The position numbers and the translations under genes are program-made. The notes beneath the pieces were generated by a model, which was given only the letters and a program-made list of their open reading frames with translations, searched no databases and had not been told where the DNA came from. This document shows, piece by piece, positions 29,934 through 38,406 of a stretch of DNA of 64,000 nt. This DNA is from an uncultured Bacilli bacterium (GTDB taxonomy: Bacteria; Bacillota_I; Bacilli_A; RF39; UBA660), in assembly GCA_963931515.1 (NCBI GenBank), contig OZ007022.1:1408327-1472326 (forward strand), written 5' to 3'. Position 1 is the first letter of the stretch; every line of letters starts with the position of its first letter.

Positions 29934-32096
29934 ATGAGTAAAGTAAAGTATTTTTTTGATAAGGTTTATTCAAAATTTAAAATAGGTTGTATTGTTATTT
30001 TGTTTATTTTTTTTGGAATACCTTTTATTTTTGGTTTTATTGGTTCTTTGTTTGAGTCTTTGAATGAGGAAGAAAAAATTTCTTTAGCAGATGGATTTAC
30101 TATTGAAAAATATAATGTAATTTTAGATGTTAAAGAAGATAATAAGGTTGATGTTACTGAAAATTTAACTGTTAATTTTACAAGTGCATATAAACATGGT
30201 ATTTATAAATATACGCCTGAGTGGCTAGAATATAAAGGTAAGGATGGTAAAGTTATAAAAAGAAAGTCTAATGTTTTAGATTATAGGGCGGATAATGATA
30301 TTTATACTGTGGATAGAGTTAATAAGAAAGCTAGGATAAAAATTGGTGATGCGAATGAGTATGTCAGTAAGGGTGAAAAAACTTATGTAATTAAATATAC
30401 TTATGATATGGGTAAAGATCCATTTAATGGGTTTGATGAGTTTATTTTTCATGCTTATGGAGATTACTGGGGAACGGAGATTAAGAATGCTTCTATAGAG
30501 GTAAATATGCCTAAAAGTATAGAAGGGTATAATGTTAACTTTTTTACTGATAAATATCGAGATGAAAATGTGAATGAAGCGGTTGATTTTTCTATAGATG
30601 GTAACACTTTAAAGGCTAATTTTAATGAAAATAAAAATTATGAACTTCAGTTAAAAAAATATTGTGAGAAACATTATAAACAATATGGTGAAGAGTGTGA
30701 TTATTCTGATTTTGAATATGATTATGAACCGCTTTCTAAATCACTTACGGTTGATGTTGAATTACCTGAAGGATATTTTAAAGGTGGAAGTTATAATTAT
30801 GGTTTTGGTTCAATATTTATTTCTATTTTGGTTTTTATTGTAACGGGTTATACGATTTATAAGTGGTTTAAATTTGGAAAAAATTATGCGAAGAATGTTC
30901 AGACGGTTGAATTTTATCCTCCTGAGGGTCTTAGTTCGGCAGAGATTGGATATGTTTATAATAAAAGACAAGCTAATAAGAAATTAACTATTTCACTTAT
31001 TGTTCAGTTAGCTAGTAAAGGATATATTAAAATAGATGAGATTAAAGATGATATTAAAATAACTAATTTGATGATTAAACCTAAAAAAATAGGATCGTTT
31101 GACGACATGTTACCTAAACGGGAGATAGAAGTTAAAAAAATAAAAGAAGCTGATGATAAATTAAGCAGATCAGAGACGACGATGATGGTTCATTTGTTTA
31201 AAAAAGGTGATGTTAAGAAATTAAAAACGAATATTAATAGATTTTTAAAGGTTAAAGATAGTTTAGTTAATGGTGGATATATTGAGGTTATTAGTGATAA
31301 TGAGGAAGAAAGATTAAAAGATATTAAGCAAAAAAGAAAAGCATATGATGATAGTGTTAAAAATTATGATAAACAAATGACAGAGTATAATGAAAAAATC
31401 TCTAAGATGCCGGAAATTAGTGTGTTTGAGAAAATTGTTTATGATAGGCTATTTAATTCTAAGGATGAAATCATTTTAAGTAAACACAAAACATTTTATA
31501 GGGCTTTTAGTGAGGTTGAAAAAACACTAAAAGATAATTTTAAAGATAAGGTTTACGATAAGACATCTAGTAAACAAAGGTTTTATGCTATAGCAAGGAC
31601 ATTACTTATTTTGATATTATGTATTATATCTTATAAAGTTATAGAAGATATGGATCCAAAGTTTAGTATTTTATATTATTTATCATTTGGGTGTATTTTA
31701 GTTAATATATTATTTACTACTTTGATGGGTAGAAAGACAAAATATGGTGAGATGATAAGTGCTAAAGTAATGGGATTTAGGGAGTTTTTGGTGACAGCGG
31801 AAAAATCTAAGTTAGAACAGTTGGTTTCTGAGAATCCTTATTATTTTTACAATATTTTGCCATATACTTATGTTTTAAATATTTCTAAGAAGTGGATTCA
31901 AAAGTTTGAAAATATTAAAATACCGGAAATGGATATGGGTAATTTTGATTATGGTAGTGACAATTTTTTCTATTCTATATATGATCATGTTTATTATCCG
32001 CCAAGTTCTTCTGGCTCTTCTAGTTCATCATGCGGTGGTGGCTGTTCATCATGTGGTGGTGGATGCTCTTCTTGTGGAGGCGGAGGGTCTTGGTAA
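29934..32096 (+). CDS. DUF2207 domain membrane protein with Ser/Cys/Gly-repeat C-terminal tail
   Basis: ATG 29934 follows GGGTGAGAG. It has an N-terminal TM helix, an extracellular domain and several C-terminal TM helices. The tail reads SSSGSSSSSCGGGCSSCGGGCSSCGGGGSW. Confidence 0.8.
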   Translation: MSKVKYFFDKVYSKFKIGCIVILFIFFGIPFIFGFIGSLFESLNEEEKISLADGFTIEKYNVILDVKEDNKVDVTENLTVNFTSAYKHGIYKYTPEWLEYKGKDGKVIKRKSNVLDYRADNDIYTVDRVNKKARIKIGDANEYVSKGEKTYVIKYTYDMGKDPFNGFDEFIFHAYGDYWGTEIKNASIEVNMPKSIEGYNVNFFTDKYRDENVNEAVDFSIDGNTLKANFNENKNYELQLKKYCEKHYKQYGEECDYSDFEYDYEPLSKSLTVDVELPEGYFKGGSYNYGFGSIFISILVFIVTGYTIYKWFKFGKNYAKNVQTVEFYPPEGLSSAEIGYVYNKRQANKKLTISLIVQLASKGYIKIDEIKDDIKITNLMIKPKKIGSFDDMLPKREIEVKKIKEADDKLSRSETTMMVHLFKKGDVKKLKTNINRFLKVKDSLVNGGYIEVISDNEEERLKDIKQKRKAYDDSVKNYDKQMTEYNEKISKMPEISVFEKIVYDRLFNSKDEIILSKHKTFYRAFSEVEKTLKDNFKDKVYDKTSSKQRFYAIARTLLILILCIISYKVIEDMDPKFSILYYLSFGCILVNILFTTLMGRKTKYGEMISAKVMGFREFLVTAEKSKLEQLVSENPYYFYNILPYTYVLNISKKWIQKFENIKIPEMDMGNFDYGSDNFFYSIYDHVYYPPSSSGSSSSSCGGGCSSCGGGCSSCGGGGSW
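32025..32087 (+). repeat. three tandem 21-nt units encoding SSCGGGC
   Basis: The units are TCATCATGCGGTGGTGGCTGT, TCATCATGTGGTGGTGGATGC and TCTTCTTGTGGAGGCGGAGGG. The GG-rich codons double as SD-like sequences for the overlapping rSAM ORF. Confidence 0.85.
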
Positions 32097-33079
32097 AAAA
32101 GTTTGTTTTGCAGTGGCATTTGAGTGAAAATTGTAATTTGAAATGTTTACATTGTTATCAAGAAAATCATAAACCTATTCAGTTAGAGTTCGATAAGTTA
32201 GTTATAATATATAAGCAGTTTAAAGAACTTTTAAATAAAAAGAAAATGAAGGGGCATATCAATATTACTGGTGGTGAGCCTCTTTGTAATCCTTATTTAT
32301 TTAAACTATTGGATTTAATTAAAGAGGATAGTGATTTTATTTCGTTTTCTATTTTAACTAATGGAACACTTATTAATGAAAAGATAGCTAAAAAGATTAA
32401 ATCTTATAATCCTTTATATGTTCAAGTTAGTTTAGAAGGTGGCAGAAAAACTAATGATTATATTAGAGGTAAAGGAACTTATAAGAAAATTGCGGAGGGT
32501 ATTGTTAATTTAAGAAAAGAAGATATATTTACTTCAATTTCTTTTACGGCGACGAGTTTAAATTATAAGGAGTTTCCGAAGGTTGTTCGTTATGCGAAAA
32601 AGTATGATGTTAATAATGTTTGGTCAGATAGATTTATACCACTTGGTGATTCTGATAAGTCTTTAGCTTTGAATTATGAACAGACTAGAGAATATTTAGA
32701 AATTATGAATAAGGAAAGAAATAAGTTAAAGAAGATTAAAAATAATAAAACAACTATTTCAATGTATAGGGCATTACAGTTTCAAATGACAAATGATTTT
32801 GCTTATGGATGTACAGCTGGTGATACATTACTTACAGTAATGGAAAATGGCGATTTGGTTCCTTGCCGAAGAATGCCGATTGTTATAGGTAATTTATTTG
32901 ATAGAAGTATGTACGATTTATATACAAACAGTGATGTTTTAAAAACTTTAAGGAAGAAGAAGATACCTGATGAATGCATAAATTGTGAACATTCTGAGGT
33001 TTGTCATGGTGGATTAAAGTGTTTGACATATGCGATGTATAATGACTTAAACTATAAAGATTATGGGTGCAATTTGTAA
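32090..33079 (+). CDS. radical SAM / SPASM domain protein
   Basis: The CNLKCLHCY motif is Cx3Cx2C. The SPASM-like motifs are CX12GX4C (CTAGDTLLTVMENGDLVPC) and CINCEHSEVCHGGLKC. The start is uncertain. TTG 32090 lies 9 nt after GGAGG and overlaps the DUF2207 stop by 7 nt. ATG 32030, 32051 and 32063 are alternatives. Confidence 0.85.
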   Translation: MVKKFVLQWHLSENCNLKCLHCYQENHKPIQLEFDKLVIIYKQFKELLNKKKMKGHINITGGEPLCNPYLFKLLDLIKEDSDFISFSILTNGTLINEKIAKKIKSYNPLYVQVSLEGGRKTNDYIRGKGTYKKIAEGIVNLRKEDIFTSISFTATSLNYKEFPKVVRYAKKYDVNNVWSDRFIPLGDSDKSLALNYEQTREYLEIMNKERNKLKKIKNNKTTISMYRALQFQMTNDFAYGCTAGDTLLTVMENGDLVPCRRMPIVIGNLFDRSMYDLYTNSDVLKTLRKKKIPDECINCEHSEVCHGGLKCLTYAMYNDLNYKDYGCNL

Positions 33080-33089
33080 TATTTTCGAA

Positions 33090-33116
33090 AGTTAATCAAT
33101 TGTGATTAGCTTTTTA
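33090..33116 (+). terminator. rho-independent terminator after the rSAM gene
   Basis: AGTTAATCA (33090-98) pairs with TGATTAGCT (33103-11) with one G-U pair, followed by TTTTT. Confidence 0.65.
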
Positions 33117-33120
33117 TTAT

Positions 33121-33156
33121 TTTACGTCAAAGGTGTGTTGAGTATGTTTATATATA
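33121..33156 (+). promoter_or_regulatory. third, orphan copy of the Rpn-gene upstream box
   Basis: TTTACGTC...GTATGTTTATATATA. It is followed by AAAGGAG and a 4-codon ORF (MSKL*). Confidence 0.4.
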
Positions 33157-33516
33157 ATGTTTTAAAGGAGTGGATTGTTAAAATGAGTAAGTTATAATTA
33201 TGGTTTACCTTTAAAAAAATTAGTCTAGTATGGAACAATAGTGCTAAACCGAACTAATTTATCAAAATTGTTATCAGTATAATATTTATTTTATTAATAT
33301 GCTATTTTTTTGAAAAATAAATTTTATTTATTCTTTATTATCTTATGATATATAAAATCATTTTTTCTTTAAGAATACTATATCCTGTTTTTAATAATTA
33401 TGTAACTATTTTTATAACAGCAACAAATATTCAAACTAATGTACAATTTTAACTTTGCTTATGAGAAAATGTATGTTATAGGGAATTTGAATGTAGGAGT
33501 TAGAAAGTGAGCTTGA

Positions 33517-33551
33517 TAAAAAATCAGTTGTTAAGAAAATCTTAACAACTG
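33517..33551 (-). terminator. orphan terminator-like hairpin (minus-strand polarity)
   Basis: Perfect 11-bp stem: CAGTTGTTAAG (33525-35) pairs with CTTAACAACTG (33541-51). The U-run exists only on the minus strand, as the A-run at 33517-23. Confidence 0.5.
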
Positions 33552-33560
33552 CAGGTGATA

Positions 33561-33580
33561 ATAAACACTATAGTGTTTAT
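33561..33580. promoter_or_regulatory. perfect 20-bp palindrome ATAAACACTATAGTGTTTAT upstream of promoter
   Basis: The palindrome is exact and lies 13 nt upstream of the -35 TTGACT of the hydrolase gene. Confidence 0.45.
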
Positions 33581-33593
33581 TAGATGTTGTGAT

Positions 33594-33622
33594 TTGACTT
33601 TTTATTAAAAAAAGTATAGTAT
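33594..33622 (+). promoter_or_regulatory. sigma-A-type promoter of the alpha/beta hydrolase gene
   Basis: TTGACT (33594-99), a 17-nt spacer, then TAGTAT (33617-22). Confidence 0.55.
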
Positions 33623-33644
33623 AAAGCGACAAAGGAGTGATATT

Positions 33645-34415
33645 ATGAAAAATATTTTGTTTTCTGGGTTAGGTTATAATAAAAATAATTTTGAATTAAT
33701 GCGTACTGTTTTGGAGGAAAAAGGCATTACTGATGTTCTTGATTTTGGTATGTATCAGCAGTATAAAAATTTGTCTGATGATAAATTAGTAAATGAGTTG
33801 TGTGCACAGTTTGATAAATTATCAGTAGATGAAGATGTCAATATAATTTGTCATTCTAGGGGATGTAATATAGGTCTTATTTTAGCTAAAGAAAAGTCAT
33901 CAAAAATTAAGCATGCTGTATTTATGTCACCAGAATTACAAAATGCCGGAATTATTGATAAAATTTCTAGTTTGTATTATAGGTTTGATAAATTTACATT
34001 GAGCTTGCATATAACCGTTTATGATGATTCTATAGAAGAAAGTTCTGAATCTGGGTTAAGTGATGAATCAGATTTGTATAAGTTATTTATTCAAACTAGA
34101 AGTCTTGCCGAAGAAGCTTCTAAAGATTTATATGGAATTAATAGTTTAGTTGTTTATGGACGTGGTGATAAATTTATATCAAGAAATGGTGTGAAAGCAC
34201 TTACAAAAAATTTAGGTGGAAAATTAATTGTGGCAGATACTGTTCATCATAATATTTTATTAACTGATACAGGATGTAAAGAAATTTCTGATGAAATAGT
34301 TAAATTTTTAAATGATGAGCCTACATCATATGATAAATTGGAAAATTATTTAGATGAAATTCATCCTACTCGTCGTATATTGAGAAAGACAAAAGAAAGA
34401 ACACGAAATTCATAA
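33645..34415 (+). CDS. alpha/beta hydrolase fold protein
   Basis: The RBS is AAAGGAG. It has a nucleophile-elbow-like IICHSRGCNIG and a late VHHN His region, and is about 256 aa. Confidence 0.65.
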   Translation: MKNILFSGLGYNKNNFELMRTVLEEKGITDVLDFGMYQQYKNLSDDKLVNELCAQFDKLSVDEDVNIICHSRGCNIGLILAKEKSSKIKHAVFMSPELQNAGIIDKISSLYYRFDKFTLSLHITVYDDSIEESSESGLSDESDLYKLFIQTRSLAEEASKDLYGINSLVVYGRGDKFISRNGVKALTKNLGGKLIVADTVHHNILLTDTGCKEISDEIVKFLNDEPTSYDKLENYLDEIHPTRRILRKTKERTRNS

Positions 34416-34441
34416 GTAAATATGCTTATGAATTTTTTTTT
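34411..34441 (+). terminator. rho-independent terminator
   Basis: CATAAG (34411-16) pairs with CTTATG (34425-30), followed by a T9 run. Confidence 0.7.
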
Positions 34442-34541
34442 ACTAGGAATTTGCTTTGCAAAAGTAAAAAAGGCGTGGTTGTAATAAATACACTAAAAAA
34501 GACGGCAATTAAATCCGTTAAAAATCAAGAATAGATTGTTT

Positions 34542-34754
34542 TTAATAATCAACTTCAACAGTAATAGGTTTCATTTTGATTTTACATTTATCGCATAGAA
34601 AAATAGGGTTGTCTTTAAACGTTTCGTTATTCATTTTTTGAAATGTACTTTGTGGAATTAGTTTTGTATTTCCACATTTAGGACATAAAAACTTGATACT
34701 CATAGAAAAGTTTATGTTTTGTTTTTTGTTAATTTTTCTTAACATAGAACTCAT
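34542..34754 (-). CDS. small zinc-ribbon protein (IS-associated)
   Basis: CPKCG ... CDKC, 70 aa. It lies 15 nt downstream of the transposase gene on the same strand. Confidence 0.55.
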   Translation of the reverse strand: MSSMLRKINKKQNINFSMSIKFLCPKCGNTKLIPQSTFQKMNNETFKDNPIFLCDKCKIKMKPITVEVDY

Positions 34755-34769
34755 ATACTATTCACTCCT

Positions 34770-36017
34770 TCACGAGACTTCAAATAAAGGCTCCATTATT
34801 TGATTACATTTAGGACAAATAATGGGTATGCGATTAAATGAAGTTAAAATGAGATTTTTCCATTTAAGCAACTGTCGTTTAAATTTAATTTTTTCTTTAG
34901 AAATAACATATTTAATATTATCACATAATTTATTTGATTTGTTATAAAAACCGTAACTTCTAATAGATTTAAAACCAGTAGGTAATAGATGACATAATAA
35001 TTTAGTAATAAATTCAAAAACAGAAACAGTCTGTTCGTGATATTTTTCTTCTTTGTGGTCTCTATAAAAGAAAGTAACATTTTCGCCATCATAATTAATA
35101 ATTCTAGTTTCTGCCATGGCTGGTCTAGAACAGTATCTAGTAAGATAACGAATTAAATCTTCTATTGATTTGAACTTGTAACCATCATCTTCTAATCTAT
35201 TATTTACATAAAAACCATTTTTGTATTTTAGATACATAATATTTTTAGTTTTAGAAAACTTTTGTTTACCAAAATGGTTTTCCATTTTATCAAGCAAAAT
35301 TTTCATAAATCTTTTAGATAAAGCATCATAATTAAAATAATCATATTTTTTATAATTTTTAAATTTGTCAAAAACACATTCAGCAATAATAACATGAATA
35401 TGAGTATTAAAGTTTAAAGGTCTACCAAAAGTATGAAGAAAAGCGAAGAAACCAGGGGTATATTTTAAATTATATTTTCTAGTTTTTTTCTTTTTGACTT
35501 TACCATTAACGATAGAGTATAAAGTATCATTAACAGATTCAAATAATAAACTAGTATCATTTAGATTATGAAAAAGCCAAGGACATAAAACATCTGGAAT
35601 AGTAAATGTAATATGTCTATGTTTAACGTTTATACATTTTTCTAAAATATTTTCAGTTCTAATTTTTTGAGTCTTAATACCACAAGAAGAACACAGTTTT
35701 CCCTTACAAGTATGATGTGAAAAAATGATTTCTCCACAATCTTTACAACAATAAACAGTAGCTCCTAACTTATGATTAGAACAAGAAATAACTTTATTAA
35801 CTTCTTTATTAGCATTAGGTCTTGTATTATCTATAGTGACTTTATATTTACTATAATAATTGTCCCAATGATCTTCAAAAATTCTAGCAATAGTACCAGT
35901 GGATTTAAAATTATTATTATTTTCCATAATAATAAATCCATCCTTATCAAATTTATTATCATCAGTTATATGCTTTTTAGCCCATGAATTAAAATTAACT
36001 ATGTCTACATGTTTCAT
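34770..36017 (-). CDS. IS91 family (HUH Y2) transposase
   Basis: The N-terminal Zn-binding domain carries CCKDCG and CKGKLCSSCG. The HUH-like motif is NTHIHVII, and the Tyr region is RYLTRYCSRP. A C-terminal CPKC is present. Confidence 0.8.
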   Translation of the reverse strand: MKHVDIVNFNSWAKKHITDDNKFDKDGFIIMENNNNFKSTGTIARIFEDHWDNYYSKYKVTIDNTRPNANKEVNKVISCSNHKLGATVYCCKDCGEIIFSHHTCKGKLCSSCGIKTQKIRTENILEKCINVKHRHITFTIPDVLCPWLFHNLNDTSLLFESVNDTLYSIVNGKVKKKKTRKYNLKYTPGFFAFLHTFGRPLNFNTHIHVIIAECVFDKFKNYKKYDYFNYDALSKRFMKILLDKMENHFGKQKFSKTKNIMYLKYKNGFYVNNRLEDDGYKFKSIEDLIRYLTRYCSRPAMAETRIINYDGENVTFFYRDHKEEKYHEQTVSVFEFITKLLCHLLPTGFKSIRSYGFYNKSNKLCDNIKYVISKEKIKFKRQLLKWKNLILTSFNRIPIICPKCNQIMEPLFEVS

Positions 36018-36099
36018 ACCTTAATTATAACATGTATAATCTTGGACATAAAGATTTCAAACTAAGATTTTGATTTCTTTATGTTTTTTGCTATTATAA

Positions 36100-37520
36100 C
36101 AAGTATCGGTAAAGACGAATTATAACAGGTACTTCGAGTACGTTTTTTTGAAAGTCTGCCATATAATTATTTATTAATTCGGTTGTAGATAATGGAACTT
36201 TAAAGTTCGGATGATTAAGCATGTAGGAATGTAGGTAATTTAATATGGTATTAGCCGAAATATTAACGAAAGGAGATTTTTATGAAACATATCTTAAGTT
36301 TTGATATTGCCAAAGGAAAAAGTGTTTATTGTTTTATTGATGAATTAAAAAATACTATTATTGATGCTACTACTATTGAACATAATAAAACTGATTTTGA
36401 TAATTTATTCAATTTAATTAAAGATTATCCTAATTTAACGGTTATTATGGAATCAACTTCTATTTATCATCTGCCAGTTGAAGATTACTTTAGATTTAAA
36501 GGTATAGAAACAATTGTTATTAATCCTAAACTTGTTAAACAATTTAAAGATACTTTGAACAAATCCAAAACCGATAAACTAGACTGCTTTAAAATAGCTA
36601 GATGTTATTTGGGTACTATTGACAATTTTTATTACAAAAACGATGAATATTTCATGTATAATCCACTAGCTAGACAATATTGGTCATTACTTGAAGGTCA
36701 AACAAGATTAAAAAATAGATATAGACAATTAATTGAGATTATTTTCCCAGAATTTACCCTTATTTTTAATGATTTGTATGACGATTTGGCTTTAAATTTT
36801 ATACATGATTTTCCTCATCCATCGTTATTTGTTAATAGACGAAGTGATTTTCTAATAAACTATTTAAAAAATAAAAATGGTACTACTCAAGCATATAGAT
36901 TTAAAAATAAAGTTTTAAAAATGAAAAAATTAGCTTCTAATTCATTATGTTCTGAATCATTTAATTCCATACAAGTTCAAAATTTAATTCAAGTAATTGA
37001 ACTGATTATGTATTACAAATTAGAAATTAATAAAATTAAAAATCAATTAATCAATGAAATGAGAAACAAAAAATTATTCAAAATTATTAATTCTATTCCT
37101 GGATTTGGTGATTTTTCTACTGCCTTATTTTTAGCTGAAGTTGGAGATATAACAAGATTTGATAATAAATATCAATTCATATCATTTATTGGAATTGATT
37201 CTGTTACTTCACAATCTGGAGTTAGTGCTTATCATGGTCCTATTTCCAAAAGTGGATGTAAGTTTGGTAGAACCATTTTATTTAATGTGGTTACAATATT
37301 ACTTCAAATATCTGCACGTACAGATAAAACTAATCCAATATATTTATTCTTTAGAAAAAAACAATCCGAAAGTAAACATCATTACAAGTGTATAATCGCA
37401 TGCGAAACCAAATTATGCAAGATTATATACAAATTATGTTCTTCGAATTGTTTATATGAAAACAAATAGTTGAATTACCTAAATTTTTTTTAATTGAGGA
37501 AACTCAGTTCTTTTTGTCAT
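36100..37520 (+). mobile_element. IS110 family element; ends not determined
   Basis: Carries the transposase gene plus about 180 nt of noncoding left end. IS110 elements lack classical IRs. Confidence 0.45.
36282..37469 (+). CDS. IS110 family DEDD transposase/recombinase
   Basis: The RBS is AAAGGAG. The N-terminal DEDD domain has LSFDIAKGKS and IMESTSIYH. The C-terminal Transposase_20 motif is IPGFGDFSTALFLAEVGDITRF. Confidence 0.9.
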   Translation: MKHILSFDIAKGKSVYCFIDELKNTIIDATTIEHNKTDFDNLFNLIKDYPNLTVIMESTSIYHLPVEDYFRFKGIETIVINPKLVKQFKDTLNKSKTDKLDCFKIARCYLGTIDNFYYKNDEYFMYNPLARQYWSLLEGQTRLKNRYRQLIEIIFPEFTLIFNDLYDDLALNFIHDFPHPSLFVNRRSDFLINYLKNKNGTTQAYRFKNKVLKMKKLASNSLCSESFNSIQVQNLIQVIELIMYYKLEINKIKNQLINEMRNKKLFKIINSIPGFGDFSTALFLAEVGDITRFDNKYQFISFIGIDSVTSQSGVSAYHGPISKSGCKFGRTILFNVVTILLQISARTDKTNPIYLFFRKKQSESKHHYKCIIACETKLCKIIYKLCSSNCLYENK

Positions 37521-37591
37521 GCTTATAATACCATAAATTTTATGATTTGACAAAACTTAGATAATCAAAAAATGTCCCCTTTAGGGGACGT

Positions 37592-37619
37592 ATGACAAAA
37601 TTTATTTTGTCATTTTTTT
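37592..37619 (+). terminator. rho-independent terminator
   Basis: ATGACAAAA (37592-600) pairs with TTTTGTCAT (37605-13), followed by a T-run. It is preceded by a GTCCCC-TTTA-GGGGAC hairpin (37574-89). Confidence 0.65.
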
Positions 37620-37674
37620 ATTTATTTTGAAGATTGGCATGGATTTTGTCCATTTCTATAAACAAAACTTTAGG

Positions 37675-38130
37675 TTAATTAGTAGATTTATTAATGTTTT
37701 CGTGAAGAGAACCTTTAAGTTCTTTTATTTTTCTAGAAACAGTAGTTCTAGAAATAATTGTATTTCTAATAGCATGTCTACCAGCAGAAGCCATATTGTT
37801 TTCCATGGCATATTTGACAAGTTTATATTCAGCCATATCAGTCATTCTTTGATAAGGTTTAAGACCGAGTATGTCTCTTATATAACAAAATGAAGTTTTA
37901 TCTTTTTTATGCTTGTAGAAAGTAAAATTAACATCAATATAACCTATAGAAGTAAGTAAAGTTCTATTTCTTGTTTCCTTAACAGAATATTTTTCTTTCC
38001 TATTTTTAGATTTTTTATACTCTAAATCAATACCTTCTATAAAAGCTACTAATAATTTTTCTGTAAGTTCATTTCCTTTAGATACAATATAGCTTTCTAG
38101 TTCATATAAGTTAGTTTTATTTTCAGAATT
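37675..38130 (-). pseudogene. ISLre2 (UPF0236) family transposase fragment
   Basis: My translation of the minus strand reads ...KYSVKETRNRTLLTSIGYIDVNFTFYK...ILGLKPYQRMTDMAEYKLVKYAMENNMASAGRHA...ISRTTVSRK*. This matches the N-terminal part of the family. There is no start codon and the DDE domain is missing. Confidence 0.6.
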
Positions 38131-38406
38131 TTATTAAAATTGTTTAAAAAAGTTTTAATTAATGGTAAAATGTTTATGTGATTAATTTCTTTCTATTTTT
38201 TGGTTAATTTAATTATAATTTATTTTCGGGGATTAATCACTCTTTTTTTATGCTTTTTTATTTCCCGTACTTTTGAAACGCGACCATGCCATAACTAATT
38301 TGACTTTTCTATTTTTTAGTTATAAAATATATTCTAATCGAATGAGCGAGGATTTATTCATAAAATTAGAAATTGGATTTTGTATATTAAAAAGAGGAAG
38401 GAAAAA

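Larger units (their letters stand above)
34441..36060 (-). mobile_element. IS91-family-like element (Y2 HUH transposase plus small Zn-ribbon ORF); boundaries not determined
   Basis: Carries the transposase and an accessory ORF. The left edge was chosen at the 18-mer TACTAGGAATTTGCTTTG, which is shared with the TnpB element. Confidence 0.4.

Noticed and set aside
32030-32089. ATG 32030 (the ORF-track start) as the true start of the radical SAM gene. Also the 73-aa ORF at 31906-32127.
   Set aside because: The first 20 codons from ATG 32030 (MRWWLFIMWWWMLFLWRRRVL) are an out-of-frame reading of the SSCGGGC repeat. rSAM proteins normally start about 10-15 residues before the CxxxCxxC motif. I kept these as alternative starts only. 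The 31906 ORF is another frame of the same repeat.
37627-37893. 88-aa plus-strand ORF in the IS110/ISLre2 junction
   Set aside because: The opposite strand translates into a recognisable ISLre2-family transposase fragment. The plus-strand ORF is its shadow.
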